Positions 1-12,400 of a DNA stretch of 64,000 nucleotides are shown one piece after another; the first letter of the stretch is position 1; each line of letters starts with the position of its first letter. The translations under genes and the position numbers were made by a program. Source of the DNA: Balanoglossus misakiensis (lineage: Eukaryota; Animalia; Hemichordata); the NCBI GenBank assembly GCA_040954595.2, contig CM082578.2, positions 3,516,831 through 3,580,830 on the forward strand, read 5' to 3'. The notes under the pieces were generated by a model. The model did not search any database, was not told the origin of the DNA, and was given only the letters and a program-made list of their open reading frames with translations.

Positions 1-2427
1 GTAGGCCTACATGTACAATGTAAGTGTCACGTTTTTAGTTTATTTTCCTTCAAATGTCCATGAAATCGATCTGAAGATACATGTAGTTCCGATCTATATC
101 ATCTGCGAAAACAAGCGACTACATGTTGGTAAAGCAAAAACCGGGTCACAATGCTCTACATGGTACTACTGCCCGTCTGTGTATTGGCCTCCCTGGTTTT
201 TGAACGAACCACTCTCTACGAGCCACAGCGGCAACGCGTCTGTATGGTAGCGATATTGGTGAGTAACTCATCTGCGAAAAGACTTGATACCGAAGTGAAG
301 CCGTCCGACATTACAAACGCACATCTGGTGAACAGCAACAAAAAGTAAGCAGAATTTTGCAAGGTACGCGGGTTTTGTTAAACAGTAGGCCTAAAACAGC
401 CAACCTTGTTACTTGTCGGTAGTGAAGCAAAATCGAAGTGAAGCATCGGGTTAGAGTAATACAAGCAAATCTGGGGATAATGTGATTTAGTATAATTTTC
501 TAGAAATTTGTAGTGAATTTATTGCAACGTTAGTTTGTTTCTGGTGAATTGATTTTTGTCTATTTTATACTTTATCATGTTATGAAGACTCTCGAGAGCC
601 ACCAAGGCATTAGCTTTGTACGTCAGTAGACAAAACTGTGAATGTGAAGCATTGAATGAAATGATCCGGAGACTGTCGCATATCCAGTTCGCTTTCAATT
701 AACATAACAATTACTCTATTCAAATGAAATGTCCTTTGAATACAGGTATAGAAGTAAATGTAATTATGCAAATAAAGCTTTGTTTATTTGTATTTTTGTT
801 ACGACAGGTGAGACTGAGTCCTGCGGCAGTTCTAGAACCCCCGGAGGTAGTTCTAGAACTACCTGGGACTTGGTTTTCAACCTGTGGTTTTGTGTGAGAC
901 AGAGGTTCTCTCAGTGAATGACTTGTCTATTGAATAGTGTGACGTCACGATCGTGGTTTAAGTTTTAATATCCACGGATGAGGAAAAACATCAGTTTCAA
1001 ATTCTTTTCATGGGAGCGCTGTTTTTCTTTTTTTACAAGATAGATAGGTGATGTGTTTTGCTGTGTGAAAGAAAATGGGGGGTGGGATTTCAAAATTTTA
1101 AGCCGTTCGGAAGGGGGTATTTGAAAATATTTCGGGTTGTGCACGGGGGGCATGTGAAAATTAACGGTAAAAAAAATTAATTCTCCCGCCCCCCCCCCCC
1201 ACTCCAGAGGTGTTTGTAAATGCAGCCTTATCAGACTGTTTGTGTCGTAGTCTGTAAGCATGCCTGTATATATTGGGGGAAGGGGGGGTTCATGGAAAAA
1301 AAAACAGGAAATTTAAGGGGGCCCACAGATTTCCCCCACAATTTACAAGGAGGCCATGGAAAAAAATCACCAGGAAAATAAGAAATCCTCCAGCCCCACC
1401 CTGGAAGTAAATTCTGGACAGTCCCTAAATATTGATTTTGAGTCCACAAAAATGCAGTTTTAAACCCTTCATATTTTTTTTTTCTTTTGTGCGAGGGGGA
1501 CACCCCCTCCCACACCTAACCACGTCATTCTTCAACACCTTCCAATCATTGACTGGTTTATCTAGTGTCCCCGGTCAGGGGATTTACCCCCCCCCCCCCA
1601 TGCTAACTTTGAGCGGCGAAGGTTAAATTTGTCCTCCCCAACATACCAGTAGTTGAGTTAATTTGCTTTTGGGTTCATTAAAATGCAGCTTTGAGCTCTT
1701 TATTTAAAACATTTTCTTACGTGGCAGGGGGACACCCCCTCCCAAACCCACCCCCTTCACATCTCGGTTTAAATGTCTGCCAACACAGAATACAAATACT
1801 TAAAAAATATAAACAATGTTCAGTTTTAATACCCACTGATAAGGGAAAACATCAGGTTCAAATTCTTTTCATGGATAGATAGGTGATGTGTTCTGCTGTG
1901 TGAAAGAAAATGGGGGGATTTCACAATTTTAGCAGTTCGAAAGGGGGGTGAAAATATTTCGGGTTTTGTACGGGGGGCATGTGAAAATTAACGGTAAAAA
2001 TGAATTCTCACCCCCCCTCCAGAGGTGTTTGTGAATGTAATCATTCTCTGACAATTTTACTGCGGCTTGTTGCCACGTCTTATACATTTCATTGGCCGTT
2101 CCCCACGCTGACTCTCGCGCCTGGGATACGTCTGTGGTAGCTCCATGGTAACAACCGCAAGGGGCCAGGTCATGTGATAACTGGATACATATCGTACGCT
2201 ATAAGGCGCCTTTTGATTGGTTTACTGGCCCAGTAAATCCCGAAGATTTCAACGGGAGCTCCAGTGAGAGTTGATCAGATGTAGTGTAGGCGACAGCATA
2301 AAAAAACATGTCGCCGTTGCCTACATCTGATTTTAATCAGATTGGCAATTGATGTACTGTTTAGTTAAAGGAATGTTTCAATGAACACGGTACGTCTTTG
2401 CTTCGTATTTTAATGAACATTTTGAAG

Positions 2428-2523
2428 GTGTCACCAAAATCCGACATCAATTCTACCCTGTATTTGTGTAATCACCTGACTGCTTTCAAGGCAATAGTGG
2501 GAATCGTCACATCTGGTGGATGA
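2428..2523 (+). CDS. Terminal GPS exon of an upstream tandem paralogue (or pseudogene) of the lectin-GAIN gene
   Basis: AG|VSPKSDINSTLYLCNHLTAFKAIVGIVTSGG*, homologous to 22850-22933 including downstream sequence. Confidence 0.75.
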   Translation: MSPKSDINSTLYLCNHLTAFKAIVGIVTSGG

Positions 2524-4080
2524 TGCCACGTTTAGCACAGGGGCGTCCAATTTGGTTGTAGAGGTAACAACACGAAACGCATGCTGCAGAAGTTATGGGT
2601 TATTGTTCAAGATTTATTTCGGTATTTTAGATGTCTTTTCAAAATACGTATCATTGAACGTAACTGCATGCTTTTTGTCCTAATTTGTAGCAAGTAGATA
2701 TGTTTTGCACATGGATCTTTATTGGTCCAGAGTGGAGTACAAATCTTGTCGTCCATGGCTAGTCAGTCCTTTTTAAAATAAAGCCATCTAAAGAAATCTA
2801 GACTCTACACGTGTCCCGTCTCTCCTACATCCCAACCGCCACCTTGACCAGAAAGACTCTACGAATGTATCCCACCATTAAAGGAAGACACGATAAGACT
2901 ATGAAATATTTTTCCTTGATGACGTAAGTTACAAAGCTTTTAAAAATGTTGCATTCTCTACAATAGTGACAGTCGATCAATTTTTAAATGTAGATATCTG
3001 GGAAAACTTGTGTGAAGAAGGCGTTAAAGGCAAGATATTAAACATATATCGAACGTGCATTCCAGAAAACAAATATGTTTCGAGACAATACATGTATGCT
3101 GAATTTTCCTTTAGTGGGTCCAGCAAATGTTTTCTACAAAATGTCCGCTGGTTATGACTCGAACACATTGATGATTAATACTATTTTTGTTTTATGTATC
3201 CATTTACCGGAAGCAACAATTTAATATTCATTCATTTCTTTTCGTTTCATGACAATGAGAAATACATTAATAGTAAAGTCACGCATTTCTTACTATAACT
3301 GGCGAATACTTAATGAAATAGGGGCAAAATTCATCGCGAGATACAAAGCCCGAATCATCAAATTAAACATTAAGCATTTTGAATGCAACTTCGTTCCACG
3401 TGGATAAATGTATTTATCATGAGTATGCCTTCGTCTAAGTTGCATGTATAATGGCATATTGAAAGTATGCACACGGCAGGACTATATACAGGTGGTCAAA
3501 TATGCTGTAAAGTGAACATGTATGATTTTAACTTTTTGCTGACGTATCAAGAATGCTTTAACTGTTAGCCTCGCGGTCACGTGGGCAGCTAAACCCCAAA
3601 TTTTGGCATAATTGTGCACTTTGTGTTAAAAGAATGAAACTTGGTACAGTTATGCATGGACCTTTCAATACGAGTAGCCCTTTTCAAGAGGTCAGTGGTG
3701 ATCTCCTTACATTGGATAGCAAGGGCACTCAGACAACATATCTTCAACGGCTGGCAGCGGTAAAACGGGCCCCTGAACTAGCATGCAGCAGGGAAAATGT
3801 GCGGTTAAACCACTGTCGTGTGAGGTTAAACAAACTAAATAAAATAAAAATACTAATTGAATTTACGGACGTTGTATTTTGGAACTGCTCTGGGGGAATA
3901 TTTGGCATTTTGCATGCGCGCTGCCTGTCTTGTCACTTTTTGTCGTCTGCTTCATGTTTAATGCTCGATCCCGGCCACTCGTGTTTACATTCATGGTCGC
4001 CATGTTGGTTCACGATCGCAATTTCTCTTTCTGACGCTGTTTCGTTAAGAAAATGACACTGATATGCCACAAAACCAAAA

Positions 4081-4232
4081 TAGCAATAACCCCCGCCTCA
4101 GTCCGGTGTACATTCGATTTTGGTACAATTCGCTGCATTCAGCACTTGGCTAACGGCTCGTGCTAAATGTGTCGAATTGTACCCAAATCTCGTGTATACG
4201 CGCCTGCGGCGGTTTTTTTTTTTTTTTGCTTA
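4081..4232. repeat. Degenerate hairpin element of similar architecture
   Basis: GCAATAACCCCCG...TTTGGTACAATTCG / CGAATTGTACCCAAA...CGGTTTTT..TTGC. Confidence 0.55.
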
Positions 4233-5158
4233 ATGCACCGGTGTTGTTAATTCACTTTTGTTAACACCATTTGTTTGCTGTCTCCCACATAGATAATAGT
4301 TAGTCCAGTCGCCCCCGTAAATAATGGTACAGCCCTATACGAAGAATGTAATATGAGACTTCACATGCGCCTAACAGTCGGACTTCGGAGTCAGATTTAT
4401 CCTGAATACCACAGTGAACATCCCAAAAAGTGAATCATCGGTGGCCAAATCGATTTGGTTTGTGAATGCAAGCTGCATACACCAAGATGCAACACAGGAC
4501 TATATTTTATGCTCAGTTGCACAATGCTTACTTCTCAAACGACGATGAAATTAAATCGTTGATGAAGTGCGCACGGACCCACAAATCCTCGCATCACGCG
4601 AGAACTAAAAATACAGACCAGAAATGATCGCAGTGTAACAATGACAAACAAACAAAGAATGCAACATTTCAACATGCAGATAATTTAATCTGTCAAGTTC
4701 ATCTTGTCAACCCCCCCCCCCCTTATGTTTGTGACTTTTGAAGAATGCGTGCCAGTATGTCTTACATGGCAATGCACACCTAACACTTGTCTGGCACCCT
4801 TTATTGAGGGAATTTAAATCTTCGCAATACAGAAGACTGTTTTGTAACTTACTTTTAATTTAAGAATTTTAATTGTTCCAGCATGCACTCTAGTAAATTG
4901 TTCGTTAAGTCCTTCGGCAGGAGACTTGCGTACATGGACAAAAGACTTTCTCCTTGTTGTCTCCAAGAAAGTGCAGGGGTTGGGGCAATTGACGCCGCAA
5001 TGTTACGGTTGTCAACGATTGATCCAAACAACCCCGGGAGGTAACTGCTAACACATAAATAAAGGAACACGACGTAGCATCTCCATTTGGCTCCTGATCT
5101 CTCTCTGCAGTGGTTACAATTCTTTGTAAAACACGCATTATTTGTCAAGTAGTTCTTG

Positions 5159-5165
5159 TATAAAA
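5159..5165 (+). promoter_or_regulatory. Candidate TATA box of the lectin-GAIN gene
   Basis: TATAAAA about 35 bp upstream of the signal-peptide ATG. Confidence 0.35.
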
Positions 5166-5195
5166 TGATCGCAGATTAGCCGTAAACTCGCAACC

Positions 5196-6406
5196 ATGGC
5201 TTGCCGGAGAAGCTGTAAAATGTTACGAGATTGTCGTGAAATACCTTTGAAGTTAACGCTCGTCGCTTCATTCGTGATGTTGTCGTTGGCATTACTGCAG
5301 CAAGCAGGTAAGACACCAATTTTTGGTTTAGCACGTTCAGAAAGTTTGAAGTTCCTCAAAACATAAATGTTATCATTATTTCATGTATGATTGTAATTAA
5401 AATAACGATTTGATATCCAGATTGCAAGAGCGTTTACGGGTGGATGAATAACGATAGAGCTTACACATTTTGTGAGCGATTAGGTCTTCGCCTTGTTAAA
5501 GATGACAGCGAAAGAAAACACGCAGCTATAAAAAAGACTTTAAGAGAACGAGGCGTATTAGGCTTGTGGTTCTGGATAGATGGACAAACTAACAAAAATC
5601 GAACCGTAGTCACGACAAGAGACGGGGAAATTTTAACCTACAAGCCAAATGTTTACAAGAGATTGGGAGGACAGTGCGTCTCAATGAGGTGAGTTGAGCC
5701 TTTTGACGATATAATTAAATATGAAAAATGATGTTTTTGTGGTCATTTTAATACAGCTTAACTTAAATCAATCACAGGGAATCGTGTGCAGAGGCATGAG
5801 ATCTTTGAAATTTATCAGTATTGACAGAATTGATATACATTTGAATAATATCCAGATGTTACAATTGGCAATGTCTTTAGAAGAACATTATTGACAATTG
5901 CACACCCATATACCTCGATTTTATGAGAAATTTAAAAATGCAACTTTGAGATATGTCCAGTTTCATCTCATCGTTACCTTTGAACACCAAACTTTCTCTG
6001 AAAAACGTGGTACAACATTTTACCTCATTTGTCTATTTTTTCAAAATTTTCGATCAGGTTCACCTAATTCTCAATTATCCGTGGGTCTTAATCAAATTAT
6101 GGGGAAAATGTAGAAAACGTTTCTATAGAAATGTACGGGTTGACAGGCGTTAAGGGGTGAAACTTATATATTCTTTCATAACTTTTTAATTCACAGACAT
6201 ATTTGGCTATATAATAAATGTTCGAAAAGGATTTTAGCTTTATGTGAAAATGCAAGTAAGTTATACTTGAATGAAGTTGGTTTAATGTTTTTATTTTGCA
6301 TTCTATAACATTTTTTTTTCTGTTTACTCACGTGATTCAGTATCACGGGAGTGATACCGTCGCCTTTTAGCTCGCGTGTGACAGGTGAGCTAATGTCGCC
6401 ACCTTT

Positions 6407-6443
<37 letters not shown>

Positions 6444-9400
6444 TTGTGTGTGTGTGTCTGTCTGTCTGTGTGCACGATATCTCAAATACGGCTTCGATCA
6501 GCTTTGGTACACGTGTTCTATATGCAAATGACAAGAAAAGATTAGTTTTTTTTGTGTGTGACTTGCGAATTAATCGAGTTATGAAAAAAATAGAACAAAA
6601 ATGATGACTTGACGAGGGTGCTATAACTTATTGAATAGGCGGTCGAGACAAACGTAACGCGCACGCGGAAGCATTGACGCACGTGCACAAACAGGGATTT
6701 GCCTAATGTTCGAGTGGTACACGATTACATCTGACCATGATTGAGAGAAAACAGAACCAAAGGAGGTAAAGAAGTTTGATGTATTGTTATTTCGGGCAGC
6801 TTACAGTAACAGCCAAGATGGCGGCTGCAATCCGGACAGTGACTTGGCAATATCGCCACCGATATCGCTGAACTCTGTTTTGGTAGGCCTAATTCAATCA
6901 GAACTCAGCTAGGCATTTGAACCCATGCATTGGATACATTTATCTCGCAACTCTTATCAGATCACGGAATTGTTACATCTCCGCTGGGACTTCAAGCAGA
7001 TGGTGCCTTCCAAGTTTGAACTCGGCGCGTGACACATGTGATTGTCCAACGAGTTAGGTCACGTCCCTGACCCTGACGTTTGTCAAAGTCGTTGACGGTT
7101 GTGCTGTGAAAAGGACACCGATTTCAAATTTCATGCCGCGGTTTAACGCAGCAGACGTGCGCTCAAAACAACTGGATAGTTACAGCGCACTGATCTGTGA
7201 AAATATAATGTCGGTTCAAAGTACGGATTCACGGTTTATGTCCACAACATAGAATCGGGCGATCGGAAGAAACCCCCGGCCAACGGTGCACCGAACAACA
7301 CCGTTCCCACAGCTGAAGTGGATCCCACGATGCAATGTCTGTCCACACCACAAAGGCCACGCAAAATACCTTTCATACATGTGACATTTTAAAATGCGTC
7401 TTATTGAAAACAGGGTTTACTGTCTTACCTGGCCAGCAATCAACAATTTTATGATAGGGACAGTGTTGCAAGGAATTTTTCAGAGCTACTATTCACAGTA
7501 GTTTTTGTTCTTTAAGTGGAAAAACTGTATTGGTTTATTATCGGTGTGTGGTTTTTGTCCTCGTTTTCCTGGAATACTAACAGTGAAGTGCATGTGCTAG
7601 ATCAAAATAGAGTTTTTTATTCGTTTTCGGGAAAGGAATGGCGTTGTTTTCTATTCTGCAGCAACGTTCGACTTAACATCCACACTGAATGGTATGGTGG
7701 CTACATACCAGCTATGTGAGAAGCTTGGGATGCGTCTTCTAACTGACACCACTAAATGGAAAACTGACCAGTACTGTGTGCCCTTTAGAGCAGCTGCAGA
7801 TACAACGTGGGATATAAAAATATGGATTGATGCCACCATCACGGCAGATGGCACTGTGAAGACAAGCAGCGGTTTGATATTGGAACACATGCGTTTTGCT
7901 CCCAACCAAAATCTTGACGTCGGATCGTGTATTTACGTAATGTGAGTTGCTGTCTCTTCAAGCTATTTTCCACAGTGCCAGACAGTAGATATTTTTTGTC
8001 ATTGCTTTCATGATGTTACCTGTTATAGAGTTTGAACTTTTGAGATTACATAGGAGATGATGGCAATTGAATAATTTGAATATGTGTGTAATTAGAATAC
8101 TAGTATGTGTGGGGGGAGTTAGTAGGTAGGCAGTGGACTCCCTCGCGTATGGTTCTTTGAAACCCCATTGGAACAGACAACAAATTGGTGTCGTATAAAC
8201 CAAAAGATTCGGTGTATTGTGTCGAAACGTTTAACGGAGAACAGAACGACACGTGCAAGGACGCTTACACATGTAAAGTCTCAAGTTGTCAACTACAAGC
8301 CTATTCGAAAAACTAACGTGGTTACTTCTACCCCCCCCCCCCCAAAAAAGTAGCAATTTTGCGGGAAAAACATTCAGCGGTGATTGGGCGCTACTGCAGC
8401 ATCTCTGGCAGGGCGTCTACGGGTAGAATCTTCTGCCTTTCGGTTTGTGAAGCGCGGCGTTGTTGTGTCCACGGGTATACTTCAACGTCCGTACTGGATT
8501 ACAATCCGTCATCCATCGGACTATGATTCGCGATAGAGAGTTCCTTAGAGACGACTTGCAATGGATACAGCTTGTGTATGGGTATGTTTGTTGGACCATT
8601 AACATGTCTAGTTTGGCGGAACGTGCAAGTTTATCGTTCCCGTAAATAAGCTTGCGTACCGTTCCCAAATGCCATTTCAAGCGTTTGTCGGTGTAACTAT
8701 GGATAATTACAACGTCCCCGACTTTGACAACATTGACCCCCCCCCCCATTGTCTATATTTCCGGTTGCTCCGTGTCTCTCACGGACCGCAGTCAAATACT
8801 CAGGCGACCATCTTCGCCAAAACTGTTCGTGCTGTCTGGACAAGTGTTCATATCTCTTGTTGACTTGGTGATGGTCAGAGTACGTTGGATCAAGTGTCTC
8901 TTCTTCAGTGACCACTACGTAGGGTAGCAAGGTCAACATTCTGCAGTGAAGCAGGTGATTTGGGGTCAGCGCTAGCCGAAACATACATTTGTAAGTTAGC
9001 GGTCGGTAATTCAAGACTGTTTCAATTTCAGTCACGACATTGGCGAGTCCATCGAAAGACATCGGCGCACGAACAAGCGTTTTCTTTATCGCGTTTTTGT
9101 CAGACCAATTAGCCTCTCCCAGAAGCCGCCGGACCAGGGAGCTCGCTTTGGTATAAACATCTAAACATCCACTGTACTCGATGTGCGGCGAGAAAGTCAT
9201 TGACTTCGGGAGGTCGAGCAATTCTTTGATTTCCTCGGCTGTAGACAAATAGGTTGAGGCGATATCAGATAACATGCGACTCGGCAAAGAGAGCGTCTCG
9301 CGACAAATCTTCTGAACGCGTGCATAAAAAGTCTTTGTTGACATGTCTGGCACCAGCTCAAGGTGAACGGCATGCACGCGTCACTGCGCACGTAAACAAA

Positions 9401-12400
9401 CAGATATATGCTTTGGCTCGCGTTCCATCTTTCGATTTGGTATACAGATTTCCAGTGAAGTCTAAGTCCGTTACTGAAAACGGACGAGCTATATTCACAC
9501 GGTCGCTCGGCAACGGAGCTTCTACGGGTTTTGTGTAAGGTTTCCCGGTAACCTTGTCGCATACCACACGTTTACGTAAATATTGCGTACGATGATGCGT
9601 ATTTTGGGGATCCAACATGTTTGTCTAATTCGTGTCACTGTAGATTGGACTCCCTCGTGTAACATCAATTTGTGCGCCTTCCATACGATTAAAGCGGGTA
9701 GATCGTCTTATTTTATCCTTTGTTGATAAACATTATTTTTACCCACAATGCACCTGTTTCCATGTGTGCAAGCAAGATTCAAGATGGATGCGGCTTAGTT
9801 GCTGTGGGTCACGCGCAACACACCATGGGGGTTCCAACGTCAGTAACCGTTCATTTGACTTCCGGCTCGCCTCGAGTACACACGTTAGCAGTGTCTGGAC
9901 GATAGCTTTCTTTGGACCTTTTACGTAGGATATTTTCGATTTTTGTGACACCGGACATTTAGTTGTGCACAGATTGGTACCAAGTTCGTTCTCTGTGATA
10001 TTTTCGGCTCGCTTGACAGGTTTAACCGTCTATTCGGATCGATGTATTGGCCGCAGGGCTATGCGCATACGCTGACGGGGCGCGCGTAGCTGCATGATGG
10101 CCACCGAGCGTGAAAAGCTTTACCGTAGGCCAACATACCTTTGCAGCTTTTCGATTCGTTCTATTACAGCTTAGTTTTCTTCTCAAATATGTACAGTATT
10201 TTTTAAATATCTCACACCAAACCGCAAATAAACGAAAACCAGAAGACTTTTTTTATTTTACGCACAATTACAAGAAACCTACATACATGTTTGTAAATAT
10301 GTGCTGGTTAGTTACGCAAGTCAAACGGCGCACGGTCTTAACTACCACATAAAAAATCCTATGTAAGTGCTTGAAAGAAAATTTTATTGCCACTGGAATG
10401 GTACCGATTGCGCACGCGTGACACTGCTAGGTCGACCATGTTTTGCTCATGAAGAGCGGGTTAAACCGGAAGTGACGTCGTGACCCACACCACCTTGATG
10501 CGGCTGAATGTTTTTTCTCGCTAAAAGTTCGAAAGGGGTCGTTGTACAAGTTTTGAACTGTTTTGGGGTGCTTATATGTGCCGTATGATTGAGGTGTTCT
10601 CGGTAACGGCGATTTGTCCATGGGTTTTGTTTTGAAGTTGGAAATTCTAGTCGAAACTACTGCGCAACAGATCGGTTGGGGCGGCACTGGCCATAAGACA
10701 CAGCTTGCCACAAATAGCATGGTTTCCACAATCAGCTTGTGCTTTTAGATCATTCACACTAAGTTCATCTTGAACCCAAATGATTCTTTTAGTGACAAAC
10801 CGCCCACTATTCAACAATTGTGTATTTCTGACAGTGCACGCGCCTGTTTATGCGGCACAATTTTACGATGATATGTACACGTATTCCCCTGTAGTACTAG
10901 TATGTAGCGAATAAGCCCTGCTTTGCCGGGAGCACGCAGACCTATATCAGGGCTAGTACTACCGTAACGAGATTAAATTGCTCAACGTCCCACACCAAAG
11001 ACGACCCCGTAACATTGCCGACCTCACTACGAACTGAAAGCACCCCTTGGAATAAACCTTAGCTCAGTTCTTTAACGACATTTAATCTTCAAACAAATTT
11101 GTTTTAGCTGGCGCAGAGACGCCAAAACGTGTGTAAATCATCGCTGCGCGGAGCTGCCTAAGTGACATCGACTGTGTCCTGACCGCGGCTGCGCCCGAGC
11201 ATGCTTAGCAATTATCGCTGCAAATCTCAGCCAATTCGTGCAGTTTTCCTCTCGGTCGGTTATCATTTCTTTCGGGCAGAATATACTGGTAGTTTGTACA
11301 GCGTCATAAAATATACGTCAAACGCAGTCTGCCTCCACGAGAGCGAGGATGATTACTGTACGAGGCAGTGTTACTTATATCTTCCGGGTCCAGCTTACAA
11401 GCAGCCCGGTGTTCTGTGCGCGATCTACACTGCCTGGGAATACCTTTTCTCGTACGCTAAGCGAAAGAACCATCTTCAGTTTTCCTCTCAGTCGATTATA
11501 AATTCTTTCCGATCGAACACAGAATATACTGACATTTTGTAAAGCTTCATAAAATGTACGTCAATCGCAATCTGCCTCCACGAGAGCAAGGATGATTACT
11601 GTACACGGCAGTGGTACTTCTATCTTCCGGGCCCAGCTTACAAGCTGCCCGGTGTTCTGTGCGCGATCTACACTGCCTGGGAATACCTTTTCTCGTACGC
11701 TAAGCGAAAGAACCATCTTCAGTTTTCCTCTCAGTCGATTATAATTTCTTTCCGTCCGAACACAGAATATACTGACATTTTGTAAAGCTTCATAAAATGT
11801 ACGTCAATCGCAGTCTGCCTCCATGAGAGCTAGGATGATTACTGTACACGGCAGTGGTACTTCTATCTTCCGGGCCCAGCTTACAAGCAGCCCAGTGTTC
11901 TGCGCGCGATCTACACTGCCTGGGAATACCTTTTCTCGTACACTAAGCGAAAGAACCATCTTCAGTTTTCCTCTCAGTCGATTATAATTTCCTTCCGTCC
12001 GAACACAGAATATACTGACATTTTGTAAAGCTTCATAAAATGTACGTCAATCGCAGTCTGCCTCCACGAGAGCGAGGATGATTATTGTACACGGCAGTGG
12101 TACTTCTATCTTCCGGGCCCAGCTTACAAGCAGCCCAGTGTTCTGCGCGCGATCTACACTGCCTGAGAATACCTGTTCTCGTACGCTAAGCGAAAGAACC
12201 ATCTTCAGTTTTCCTCTCAGTCGATTATAATTTCTTTCCGTCCGAACACAGAATATACTGACATTTTGTAAAACTTCATAAAATGTACGTCAATCGAGGT
12301 CTGCCTCCACGAGAGCAAGGATGATTACTGTACACGGCAGTGGTACTTCTATCTTCCGGGCCCAGCTTACAAGCAGCCCAGTGTTCTGCGCGCGATCTAC

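Noticed and set aside
1-5100. Short ORFs (e.g. 3634-4056, 965-1261)
   Set aside because: No recognisable motifs; they overlap interspersed repeats (e.g. ~1035-1225 duplicated at ~1870-2040).
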